A stretch of 64,000 nt of DNA, from positions 1 to 64,000 of the forward strand of contig JALUCS010000093.1 in the NCBI GenBank assembly GCA_027050205.1, given 5' to 3'. Positions within the stretch are counted from its first letter, which is position 1. Each line of letters starts with the position of its first letter. The notes under the pieces are model-generated. The model was not told where the DNA came from. It was given only the letters and a program-made list of their open reading frames with translations, and made no database searches. This DNA is from a candidate division WOR-3 bacterium (GTDB taxonomy: Bacteria > Hydrothermota > Hydrothermia > LBFQ01). Both the position numbers and the translations under genes were made by a program. This document shows, one piece after another, positions 19,351-28,755 of this stretch.

Positions 19351-21021
19351 CTATTCGCCTTCGGTTAGCCTCCCCATCTCCTCAATTAGTTTCTCCTTAG
19401 GCACCTCGTACCTCTCCCCCTTCCAGAGGTCCTGGACTTCCACTTTGCCGTCCTTCCACGCCCTGCCCACCACTATCCTTATCGGGATACCTATCAGGTC
19501 GGCGTCCTTGAACTTGACGCCAGCGCGCTCCTCGCGGTCGTCCCAGAGGACGTCATAACCGGCCTCCCGCAGGAGGTTATAGACCTCCTCACCCTCCCCT
19601 ACGAGGTCTATGATGTGGGCGTCAAAGGGGGCGATGGACTTCGGCCAGAGCATGGAGTTCTCCGTCCCGTACAGCTCAACGGCACTGACCATTATCCGGC
19701 CCGGCCCTATCCCGTAGGAACCCATTATTACCGGCTTCCTCTGGCCGTCCCTATCCGTAAAGTACACTCCCATGCTCTCGCTGTACCGGGTCCCCAGCTT
19801 GAAGATGTGGCCTATCTCTATGGCATTTACCTGTTTCAGGGGCTTCCCACAGACGGGACAGAGGTCCCCCTCTACGGCGTACCTGACATCCTCCCACCTG
19901 ACGTCTCCGAGGTCCTCCGGATTCACACCTACAATATGGTAGTCCTTCTCCCCTCCCCCTACGACGAAGCCCCGGAGGTACCGGATGGAGCGATCCGCCA
20001 CTTTGGGTAGGCCAACACCGAGGGGGCCGACGAAACCGACCTCAACCCCGAGGAGGCTCATCACCTCTTCGGCCGTGGCGAGACGTGGGTTCTTGAGGAT
20101 CCTAGCCAGTTTCTCCTCGTTCACCTCGTGGTCCCCCCTAACGAGGACGAGAACCGGCCCCTCGTCCGTCATATACACGAGGGACTTGACGAGGAACTTC
20201 GGCTCAACGCCGAGGAAGGAGGAGACCTCCTCTATGGTGCGGACGTTGGGGGTATGGACCTTCTTCCTCTCCTTGAACGGAGACTCCTCCACCTTCTCCA
20301 CAGGTATGGCCGGGGCGACCTCAACGTTGGCCGCATATCCGCAGGAGTCGCATATGACCAGCCTATCCTCACCGGCGTCGGAGATCACCATAAACTCCTC
20401 GCTCTCCTTCCCTCCCATCAGTCCCGTAGAGGCTTTAACGTGGACGAACTTCAGGCCGCACCGGGTGAAGATCCTCTTGTAGGCCTCCCGGTGTTTGGCG
20501 TAGGACTCGTCCAACCCCTCCCACGTGGCGTCAAGGCTGTAGGAGTCCTTCATTATGAACTCCCTCACCCGGAGAAGCCCACCCCTCGGCCTCGGCTCGT
20601 CCCTGAACTTGGTCTGGAGCTGGTACCATATCTGGGGGAGGTCCTTGTAGGAATAGACGGTGTTGCGGGCTATCTCGGCGATAACCTCCTCGTGGGTGGG
20701 GGCGAGGGCGTAGTCCCTTCCTTTGCGGTCCTTCAGGCGGAACATATCGTCCCCGAAGCTCTCCCATCGGCCGGACTCCTCCCACAGGGACGAGGGGGAA
20801 AGGGAGGGCATGAATATCTCCTGCCCGCCTATGGCGTCCATCTCCTCCCGGATTATCCGCATTATCTTCTTCATTATCCTCCAGCCGAGGGGGAGGAAGG
20901 TATAGACCCCGCTCGTCAGCTGGCGTACGTACCCACCGCGCACCAACAGCCTGTGGCTCTTGGTTTCGGCGTCTGCCGGAGGCTCCCTGTAGGTTCGGAT
21001 TAGGGATTTACTCTGTCGCAT
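19351..21021 (-). CDS. proS: Proline--tRNA ligase with editing domain
   Basis: PTHEE, KFRDEPRPRGGLLRVREFIMKD, GHIFKLG, GVKFKDADLIG. Confidence 0.97.
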   Translation of the reverse strand: MRQSKSLIRTYREPPADAETKSHRLLVRGGYVRQLTSGVYTFLPLGWRIMKKIMRIIREEMDAIGGQEIFMPSLSPSSLWEESGRWESFGDDMFRLKDRKGRDYALAPTHEEVIAEIARNTVYSYKDLPQIWYQLQTKFRDEPRPRGGLLRVREFIMKDSYSLDATWEGLDESYAKHREAYKRIFTRCGLKFVHVKASTGLMGGKESEEFMVISDAGEDRLVICDSCGYAANVEVAPAIPVEKVEESPFKERKKVHTPNVRTIEEVSSFLGVEPKFLVKSLVYMTDEGPVLVLVRGDHEVNEEKLARILKNPRLATAEEVMSLLGVEVGFVGPLGVGLPKVADRSIRYLRGFVVGGGEKDYHIVGVNPEDLGDVRWEDVRYAVEGDLCPVCGKPLKQVNAIEIGHIFKLGTRYSESMGVYFTDRDGQRKPVIMGSYGIGPGRIMVSAVELYGTENSMLWPKSIAPFDAHIIDLVGEGEEVYNLLREAGYDVLWDDREERAGVKFKDADLIGIPIRIVVGRAWKDGKVEVQDLWKGERYEVPKEKLIEEMGRLTEGE

Positions 21022-21072
21022 GGTGGGGATTCTATTGTGGAAAAACGCATCTCCCGGCGGTAGAATAAGACG

Positions 21073-21519
21073 ATGCCCGCCGTTAAATCCTTAGAGACCC
21101 CGCAGGATAGGTTGAGGTTGGCCAAGAGGTACCTGAAAAATGCCAGGGAAATGCTCAGGATGTCTCCCGTGGATGAGGAGGCCGGGGTCTACGATGACCT
21201 AAAGTACGTTGCCAAAGCATCCGGGACGGCTTACCTGGCCGCCCTTGAGGTCCTGAAGGCCCTCTTTATGGCGAAGAAGGGGTGGAGTGTGGAGGAGGTG
21301 AGGGAGCAGACGAAGGAGATAGGAAGGTACAGGAAGATAATCAAGGAGTTGCCCATAGGCAGGGACAAGAGCCTGTTGCTCAAACTGTTCTCAGCGGTTT
21401 ATACAATCCTTCACCTTGGGGGATACTACAGGGAAATGCAGGACAAGAAGGCGATAGATAGCGGGTTTGAAAAAGTGAAGAAGATAATCCGCATAGTGGA
21501 AAAACACGTTTCCCGGTAG
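21073..21519 (+). CDS. DUF5618-like (HEPN/PaREP1-fold) protein
   Basis: AKRYLKNAREML, YDDLKYV..ASGTAY.AAL, AVYTILHLGGYY pattern. Confidence 0.6.
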   Translation: MPAVKSLETPQDRLRLAKRYLKNAREMLRMSPVDEEAGVYDDLKYVAKASGTAYLAALEVLKALFMAKKGWSVEEVREQTKEIGRYRKIIKELPIGRDKSLLLKLFSAVYTILHLGGYYREMQDKKAIDSGFEKVKKIIRIVEKHVSR

Positions 21520-21536
21520 CTGAATGGGGTAAATGT

Positions 21537-21660
21537 TTAAAATAAGTGTCTTTGGGAAAATCGGGAATTGCCAACTAAAATTCTGCGACTCTTGACTTCA
21601 GCGTCTGCCGGCGGATCCCTGTAGGTGCGGATTAGACGCATGATGAGGATTCTATTGTGG
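21537..21660 (-). pseudogene. Degenerate duplicate of the proS 5' end and promoter
   Basis: ATG 21641 reads MRLIRTYRDPPADAEVKSRRILV versus ProS MRQSKSLIRTYREPPADAETKSHRLLV; GGATTCTATTGTGG is shared upstream. Confidence 0.85.
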
Positions 21661-21703
21661 CCTTGTAAGAGAAGGGGTTAATCTGCCTTATAATATCTAA
21701 CCT

Positions 21704-24700
21704 GTGTCTTTAAAGGATTTCCTGAAACGGCTGGAAGATCAGAGAGTAAAAAGGCTAATCAAAGCCGTTGCCGGTTCCTTACAAGGAAATCTCCCTTTAA
21801 CGGTTATAGGTACGATCCTCCTCTACGTAATGCAGGAGGATGAGGAGGAGGGCTTAAGCAGCATAGAGGACATCCTTTCAAACCTACCTCTCCCCGAAGA
21901 GCTGAAGGTAGGAGAGACGGAGGCCTATACTATATATAGGGCGTTAAGCGTAATCCAGTGGGTGTTGACCAAGGGGCGGGACGAGGATGTTATTAAATTG
22001 AGCGACCTTATCGTATCGGAGCCTAAAGAGGCGGCGCGACGAGTTATCGCCCTCTATAAGGAGGGAGCGAAGGCTTACGGTGAGAAGGAGCTGGAGGACG
22101 TGCAGGGGTATATAGAGAAAATCTTTGAGATGGTGAAGGAAAACAAGAACTTTAAAGGTGTGCAGATGTTCAGAAAATGGCTTAAAAATAGACGTCAGTA
22201 CCTTATGGCAAACATTATAGCTGAACTTTCGGATATTATTAGAGGAACCTTGAGGCTTGAGTCCCGTACGATTAGAATTCCAGATAAACCTAAAATTGAG
22301 AACCCTAACGATCTTCAGCTAAGGCATCTCAAAGGTAGCAAACGACTGATTCCGTATTCGGGTAAGGGGTTCAAGGCGCTGAAGGATGAGCTGGTAAGGT
22401 GGGCGAGAAATCTTAAGATAAGTCTTAAGGATACGAAGCATAAAGTTGGGGTAAAGGTGATTGAGGGGGAAGGTGGAGCAGGGAAAACCCGTCTCGCCTA
22501 CGAGGTTATATACGAGTTGATAAAGGGGGGAAAGGTGTTGGGAGATGGAAGGGAAGAGAAGTGGACGGGGCTGTATATTAACCCTATTTTTTACAATACG
22601 TTAGTACAAGACAACGTAGCAAAATATGAAATTTTTTGCTCGAATTTACCTAAGATAATCCTAATTGACTATTTTGAAAGATGGGATAAAAAGTTGATGG
22701 AAACATTTTTGATGGATCTTTTGGGAACTTGCGGACTTCACAGAGACAAGCCTATAGCCGTAATATTCGTGGGACGGAGGTTTGAAGGGTCGTATTTAGA
22801 GAGTGCGATGACAGACCCCACGAATAGGGGTACTGATCTCTGGGAGGATGTTTTCGGTAAAGCAGCGGAAAATGGAGTGTTGAAACTTGAGCCTATGACC
22901 GAGGAGGATAGGGAAGAGATTTTCAAGGCGGCCGTTGAAATCTTCAACAGGATCTACAACGTTAATAAGGATGCAGATGGGTTCAAGGAGTATCCGGATA
23001 CCCCCCTTGGCGTAATCCTGATGGCCCTGCTGTATGTAAGCGGCAAAGAGAGTTTTTCGGAGAAGGGAAGTACTAAGACTGTAGAGGTACTGAAAAGTAC
23101 GTGGGAAAAGTGGGAGAAGAGTAGATGGGATGGGGTTATTAATACAATCAACACATCTAAAATACACGAACTTTACGAGAGTAAAGAAAATCTTGAAAAA
23201 TACTTAGAAATTACACTAATATCATCAACTCTATTAAACGGTTTGCATACGAAGAGTAGATATTTTAAGAAACTGCTCACAATTTTTGACATTAATTATT
23301 TTGGGAAAATTAACATAATAAAGCATATTTTACGGAGAACCGGCTGGCTGGTAGGCGACACCATCCACCCCATAGAGCCTGACCCCGTGGCGGACGTTGT
23401 GATTTCCGAAATTGCGGACGAGGAGACCTTGAGGAACATCCTTGACGCCATACTGCCCGGAGAGGGGAGTACGGAGGAGGAGATTAAGGAGGCTGCTGAA
23501 GTGTATTGGAATGTCCTGAACGTCATAACGAGGGCGTGGTGGAGGCATCGGCTGTATTGGAATGAGGAGAAGGAGGATACAAAGGCAGAAAACAAACTTA
23601 TACATATATTCGGGTTCATCTATCAAAAACTAAATAAACTTTTAAAAAATACAAAGTCTAAAATTATTCCTTATATGTATAATTACGTTATAGAGAATGA
23701 ATTTAGTATTTTGCATGGAGAATTATTCGTCGATATTATAGAATATGCTGTCAAGATTTTTCGAAATAATACCAATGAATACCTACCAGATTTAGCTGGC
23801 TCTCTCAACAACCTTGGAACGATATATTCTTACCTTGGTAGATACGAAGAAGCTCTAAAGGCTACAGAAGAGGCTATTAATATTTATAGGAAACTCGCGG
23901 AACACAATCCCGATAGACATCTATCAGAACTGGCTACATCTCTAAACAACCTTGGATCCATATTGTTGGATCTCGGTAAATATAAAGAAGCTTTATATGT
24001 TACAAAAGAATCTGTTGAAATTTATAGGGAACTGCCTGATAAATACTTACCGGATTTAGCTGGTTCTCTTAACAATCTTGGATCTATCTATTCTTATCTC
24101 GGCAAATACAAAGAAACCTTAGAAACTATTATCTATTCTTATCTCGGCAAATACAAAGAAACCTTAGAAACTATGGCGGAAGCTATTGATATTTACAGAA
24201 AACTCGCAGAACGCAATGTGGGGCGCGATTCTGGTAGGTATCAAGCCGATTTAGCTAAGTTTCTTACTAATCTTGCAGCAAATTACTTGGATATTGGCAA
24301 ATACAAAGAGGCCTTAGAGTCGGCGAAAGAAGCTGTTAAGATTTGTGAAGAACTGACGAAGCGCAATCCTGATAAATATTTACCGGACCTAGCTACAGCC
24401 TTAAATAACCTTGGAAGTGCTTACTCGAACCTTGGTAAATATAAAGAGGCCTTAGAGAAGACAGAAGAGGTAGTTGAGATTTACAGGGAACTTGTAAAGC
24501 ACAATCCAGATAAGTATCGGGGTGATCTAGCTATGTCCCTTACTAATCTTGGAAGAGATTACTTTTTTCTTGGTAAATATGAAGAGGTTTTGAAGGCAAC
24601 AAAAGAAGCTGTTGAAATTCGCAGAGAACTAGCGAAATGCAATCCTGATAAATATTTACCTGATTTATCTGCCTCTCTTAGTAACCTTGGAGAGATATTC

Positions 24701-25258
24701 CATTCTCTTGGTAAATACAAAGAGGCTCTGAAGGCAACAGAAGATGCCGTTGGGATTTACAGAAATCTAGTAGAACTCTACCCAGATAAGTATCGGTCTG
24801 ACATGGCTACGTCCCTTTTAGGACTCGGAAATTCATACTATTCTCTCGGTAAATACGAAGAGGCCTTGAAGGTAACAAAAGAGGCCGTTGAGATTTACAG
24901 AGAACTGGCGGAACACAATCCCGACAAGTACCAGCCTTACTTGGCTATGTCTCTTAACAACCTTGGAAGGGATTACTATTCCCTTGGCAGATACGAAGAG
25001 GCCTTGGAGGCGACTAAAGAGGCCGTTGATATTTACAGAGAACTGGCAGAACACAATCCCGACAAGTACCAGCCTTACTTGGCCCAGTCCCTTACGCTGT
25101 TAGGCTACATCCTACTCCTTAAGGAAGACTGTCCCAAAGCCAAGAAAAACCTTCAGGAAGCCCTGATCTATATCCTACCCTTTGCCAATAAGTATCCACA
25201 ACGATGGGGCAATCTTTTTGCCTCCATCTATTCACTCCTTACTCAAGCCCCCTGCTGA
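21704..25258 (+). CDS. STAND-like P-loop NTPase with ~10 C-terminal 47-aa TPR repeats
   Basis: Walker A GEGGAGKT, Walker B IILIDYFE, YPDTPLG (GxP-like), repeats LAxSLNNLG...LGKYEEAL..TKEAVEIYRELA. Confidence 0.85.
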   Translation: MSLKDFLKRLEDQRVKRLIKAVAGSLQGNLPLTVIGTILLYVMQEDEEEGLSSIEDILSNLPLPEELKVGETEAYTIYRALSVIQWVLTKGRDEDVIKLSDLIVSEPKEAARRVIALYKEGAKAYGEKELEDVQGYIEKIFEMVKENKNFKGVQMFRKWLKNRRQYLMANIIAELSDIIRGTLRLESRTIRIPDKPKIENPNDLQLRHLKGSKRLIPYSGKGFKALKDELVRWARNLKISLKDTKHKVGVKVIEGEGGAGKTRLAYEVIYELIKGGKVLGDGREEKWTGLYINPIFYNTLVQDNVAKYEIFCSNLPKIILIDYFERWDKKLMETFLMDLLGTCGLHRDKPIAVIFVGRRFEGSYLESAMTDPTNRGTDLWEDVFGKAAENGVLKLEPMTEEDREEIFKAAVEIFNRIYNVNKDADGFKEYPDTPLGVILMALLYVSGKESFSEKGSTKTVEVLKSTWEKWEKSRWDGVINTINTSKIHELYESKENLEKYLEITLISSTLLNGLHTKSRYFKKLLTIFDINYFGKINIIKHILRRTGWLVGDTIHPIEPDPVADVVISEIADEETLRNILDAILPGEGSTEEEIKEAAEVYWNVLNVITRAWWRHRLYWNEEKEDTKAENKLIHIFGFIYQKLNKLLKNTKSKIIPYMYNYVIENEFSILHGELFVDIIEYAVKIFRNNTNEYLPDLAGSLNNLGTIYSYLGRYEEALKATEEAINIYRKLAEHNPDRHLSELATSLNNLGSILLDLGKYKEALYVTKESVEIYRELPDKYLPDLAGSLNNLGSIYSYLGKYKETLETIIYSYLGKYKETLETMAEAIDIYRKLAERNVGRDSGRYQADLAKFLTNLAANYLDIGKYKEALESAKEAVKICEELTKRNPDKYLPDLATALNNLGSAYSNLGKYKEALEKTEEVVEIYRELVKHNPDKYRGDLAMSLTNLGRDYFFLGKYEEVLKATKEAVEIRRELAKCNPDKYLPDLSASLSNLGEIFHSLGKYKEALKATEDAVGIYRNLVELYPDKYRSDMATSLLGLGNSYYSLGKYEEALKVTKEAVEIYRELAEHNPDKYQPYLAMSLNNLGRDYYSLGRYEEALEATKEAVDIYRELAEHNPDKYQPYLAQSLTLLGYILLLKEDCPKAKKNLQEALIYILPFANKYPQRWGNLFASIYSLLTQAPC
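24085..24174 (+). repeat. Perfect 45-bp in-frame tandem duplication inside a TPR repeat
   Basis: TATCTATTCTTATCTCGGCAAATACAAAGAAACCTTAGAAACTAT occurs twice. Confidence 0.95.
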
Positions 25259-25263
25259 AAACC

Positions 25264-25929
25264 CTAACCCCTCACCCTGTACTCCCCCGGATCCACCCTA
25301 CTCCCCTCGTACCCACACACCCCCGCCCTCGGCGAATTGACCAGAGGGAGGACCTCGTACTTCATATCCCCCTTATAATGCTCGTCATAGCACGCATCGC
25401 ATACGAGACGGATCCTGTAGGGGTTTATGTGCTTGGCCGGTCTCTCCCCGCATATCTCACAGATGAACTGGGATTCGGGGAGGTCGTTCTGACCGATGAT
25501 GGATATGCCGTCCCTCCTCAAGGGTGCCTTAACCTCACCGAAGACGTACAGGTCTATATCCGTCGTCGTCCCGAAGTCGTACTCGTAGCGGAAGGTCAGG
25601 TCGGGCCTAAGCACCTCGGATAGCCTTATGTCCATAGACCTGTCTCTGGGGTCTATATCGTAGTCGGCGTATATGACCCCCTCTATCTCAAACATACTCA
25701 AGTGGTCGCAGCACTCAACTCACACATCCCGTAGGAACCGGTCAAGGTCCTCCAAAAGCAGGTCCTTCCGTACGGCTATCACCATCCAAAATAGGCCGCT
25801 CCTTGCGAGGATCAGGAAGGCGTCCTCACCCTCTTTCAGGTCCCTGAGGTGGGTCCTGAAGTGCCGCTTGACACCCCTACCCTTCAGCTCCTTACCACAG
25901 TAGAAACACTTACCGGGAAAGGCGGGCAT
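25264..25929 (-). pseudogene. pRiA4b ORF-3/TnpR-like zinc-finger protein interrupted by an in-frame TGA at 25720..25722
   Basis: One frame reads ...LDRFLRDV*VECCDHLSMF...FRYEYDFGTT...VNSPRAGVCGY; the family motif has W at the stop position. Confidence 0.7.
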
Positions 25930-26029
25930 ATCCCTATGGGAGGTAGTTTAAGGGAGATGGGGACCCTTTGCAGCCATCTATCCAAAGGTCGGGAGGGGGC
26001 GGGGTGCTTCGTCCGTATAATCTCCGCCT

Positions 26030-27094
26030 ATGGAATACACGCTCAACCGCGATTTTCTCCTAAAACTCCTATCTCAAGTGGGACCTTCCGGAAACGAAAA
26101 GGCTCCTTCAGAGGTCTGGCAGGAAGAGGCAAAGGGCTTCGCCAAGGTATATACCGACACCCACGGAAACACCTACGCCGAGGTGGGGGAGGGTAGCCCC
26201 ACCCTTATGCTGGCCGGCCACATAGACGAGATCGGCCTGATGGTCCGTTATATAGACGACAACGGCTTCGTATACCTTGGGCCTGTGGGGGGATGGGACC
26301 CCCAGGTCCTCGTTGGCCAGAGGGTGAGGTTCATAACCAAGGACGGCGAGATCCTCAAGGGGGTGATAGGCCGGAAGCCCATCCACATCCTCAAGCCGGA
26401 GGAGAGGGAGAAGGCCGTCAAGGTGGAGGAGGTCTTCGTAGACTTCGGCCTTGGCAAGGAGGACCTGCTGAAGAAGATAGAGGTAGGCTCCTACGGCGTC
26501 TTAGATTGGGACGGGGAGTTCCTGACGGAGGTTCGCCTCGTCTCCCGCGCCCTTGACGATCGCATAGGGGCCTTTACGGTGTTGGAGGCCCTCCGACTCT
26601 ACGCCTCCGCCCCCGCGGATACCCGCATGGTGTCCGTCGCCACCGTCCAGGAGGAGATCGGCCTTAGGGGTGCCAAGACCTCCGCCTTCGCCGTAAACCC
26701 AGACGTGGCCATAGCCGTAGACGTGACCGTAGCCACGGACTATCCGGGGGTCCCCAAAAACCAGATAGGGGAAGTCTCCCTCGGAAAGGGGCCGGTCCTC
26801 GCCGTAGGCCCCAACATAAACCCCGTCGTAGTTAAACTCCTCAAGGAGACGGCCGAAGAGGAGGGGATAGAGGTCCAGATAGAGGCCATACCCCGCGGAA
26901 CGCCCACCGACGCCAACTTCATACAGATAACGAGGGAGGGGATACCCACCGCCCTCATATCCATCCCCTGCCGCTACCTCCACTCCCCCTCCGAGATGGT
27001 AGACGTGAGGGACGTTGAGGGGGCCGTAAGGTTGATAGCCGCCTTCGCCCGCAAGGTGTCGGGTATGAAAAAGGAAGACTTTAAACCCTGGTGA
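26030..27094 (+). CDS. M42 family aminopeptidase
   Basis: AGHIDEIG, GGWDP, ALDDRIG, QEEIGLRGA, RYLHSPSE. Confidence 0.92.
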   Translation: MEYTLNRDFLLKLLSQVGPSGNEKAPSEVWQEEAKGFAKVYTDTHGNTYAEVGEGSPTLMLAGHIDEIGLMVRYIDDNGFVYLGPVGGWDPQVLVGQRVRFITKDGEILKGVIGRKPIHILKPEEREKAVKVEEVFVDFGLGKEDLLKKIEVGSYGVLDWDGEFLTEVRLVSRALDDRIGAFTVLEALRLYASAPADTRMVSVATVQEEIGLRGAKTSAFAVNPDVAIAVDVTVATDYPGVPKNQIGEVSLGKGPVLAVGPNINPVVVKLLKETAEEEGIEVQIEAIPRGTPTDANFIQITREGIPTALISIPCRYLHSPSEMVDVRDVEGAVRLIAAFARKVSGMKKEDFKPW

Positions 27095-27098
27095 GATT

Positions 27099-28145
27099 AT
27101 GAAGATGAAGGCAGTCGCAAAGAGTAAGCCGGGACCCGGACTCCAGCTCATAGAGGCCGACGTACCCAAACCGGGACCCGGTGAGGTTTTGATAAAGGTG
27201 AAGTACGCTTCCATATGTGGAAGTGATGTGCATCTTTACAAGTGGGACGAGTTCGCCCAGACTTCCTTGAGGAAACTACCGAGGATAATAGGCCACGAGT
27301 CCGCCGGTGAGGTGGTGGAACTCGGCCCCGGCGTTAAGGGCCTCAAGGTCGGGGACTACGTAGGGGTTGAGACCCACATAGCCTGTGGCCACTGCTACCA
27401 GTGCCGCATAGGGAAGCCCCACGTGTGCCAGAACCTTGAGATACTTGGCTTCAACAGGGACGGGGCCTTCGCCGAGTACATGGTAATACCCGCGGAGAAC
27501 GCTTGGAAGATACCGGATAGCATCCCGAAGGACTGGGTCCCCCTCATGGAGCCTATGGGCAACGCCGTCCATACCGTCCTCGCTGGCGACATCACTGGCA
27601 AGAACGTCCTGGTAGTGGGGACAGGCCCCATAGGGGCGATGGCCGTAGCCGTAGCCAAAGCCGCCGGCGCCCGCAGGGTCATAGCCACGGATATAAACGA
27701 CTTCCGCCTCCGCATAGCCAAGAAGATGGGGGCCGATATAGTCCTCAACCCGGAGATAGACGACGTCCGTACGGTGGTGATGGAGGAGACGGGCGGCAAC
27801 GGGGTAGACGTGGTGATAGAGATGTCCGGGAATCCCAACGCCCTTAATCAGGGTTTGAGCCTCATAACCAACGGTGGATGGGTCGGACTCCTCGGAATAT
27901 ACGGTAAAAACCGCATAGACGTCCCGATGAACGACATAATAATGAAAAACCTGACCCTCTACGGGATAGTGGGCAGGAAGATGTACGAGACCTGGGCCAT
28001 AACTACCGCCCTCCTTGAGAGCGGAAAGATAGACCTATCCCCGCTGATAACCCACAGGGTGAAGTTGGAGGAGTACGAGGAGGCCTTCAACGTCATATTC
28101 CAGGGGCGGGCGATGAAGGTTATGTTTGAGATAGACCCCTCATAA
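27099..28145 (+). CDS. tdh: L-threonine 3-dehydrogenase
   Basis: ICGSDVHLYKWD, GHE, ETHIACGHCYQC, EPMGNAVHT, GRKMYETW. Confidence 0.9.
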   Translation: MKMKAVAKSKPGPGLQLIEADVPKPGPGEVLIKVKYASICGSDVHLYKWDEFAQTSLRKLPRIIGHESAGEVVELGPGVKGLKVGDYVGVETHIACGHCYQCRIGKPHVCQNLEILGFNRDGAFAEYMVIPAENAWKIPDSIPKDWVPLMEPMGNAVHTVLAGDITGKNVLVVGTGPIGAMAVAVAKAAGARRVIATDINDFRLRIAKKMGADIVLNPEIDDVRTVVMEETGGNGVDVVIEMSGNPNALNQGLSLITNGGWVGLLGIYGKNRIDVPMNDIIMKNLTLYGIVGRKMYETWAITTALLESGKIDLSPLITHRVKLEEYEEAFNVIFQGRAMKVMFEIDPS

Positions 28146-28149
28146 CAGG

Positions 28150-28755
28150 ATGGACGAGAGGGACCTGGCCCGCCTGATATGGCGGTTTATGGAGGATGGG
28201 GAGCGCCTCAAACTGATACCGAGATCGGGATGGTGGTACTACGGCATAAAGGAGCCGGAGAGCGTTGCGGACCACACCCTCGCCGTCGCCATGCTAACCT
28301 TCGTCGTAGCCTCCCATCTCAAGAGACGGGGGGTGGCCATAGACCCGTACAAGGCGACCGTGATGGCTGTATTCCACGAGCTAGGAGAGAGTAGAATAGG
28401 CGACATACACCTTGAGGCCCGTAGGTACATCCCCGCGGGGGAGCTGGACGAGGCGGAGAGGAAAGCGTACGAGGAGGTCGTCAAGGTCCTCGGAGACGTA
28501 GGGGAGGAGATTTTGAACCTCTACGGGGAGTTTGAGGGAAGGGGAAGCAACGAGGCCCTCGTGGTCAGGGCGGCCGACAAACTGGAGCTACTCTTTCAGG
28601 CCCTCATATACGAGAGGCACGGCTACCGCACCCTCCAACCCTTCTGGGATACGGCTGAAAACCGGAGGGACTTCTTCCACTTCCCCCTCCTCAAGGCCCT
28701 GTACGAGGCCCTACTCTCAATAAAGTCAGAGGAGGGAGAGGATACGAAGGAGTAG
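28150..28755 (+). CDS. HD-domain hydrolase (YfbR/HDDC2-like)
   Basis: LKLIPRSGW, ESVADH, HELGESRIGDI, ADKLE. Confidence 0.85.
   Translation: MDERDLARLIWRFMEDGERLKLIPRSGWWYYGIKEPESVADHTLAVAMLTFVVASHLKRRGVAIDPYKATVMAVFHELGESRIGDIHLEARRYIPAGELDEAERKAYEEVVKVLGDVGEEILNLYGEFEGRGSNEALVVRAADKLELLFQALIYERHGYRTLQPFWDTAENRRDFFHFPLLKALYEALLSIKSEEGEDTKE

Noticed and set aside
25720..25722. Selenocysteine or alternative genetic code
   Set aside because: The position corresponds to Trp rather than Cys, and TGA terminates many clear genes (rpmJ, rplQ, trmD).
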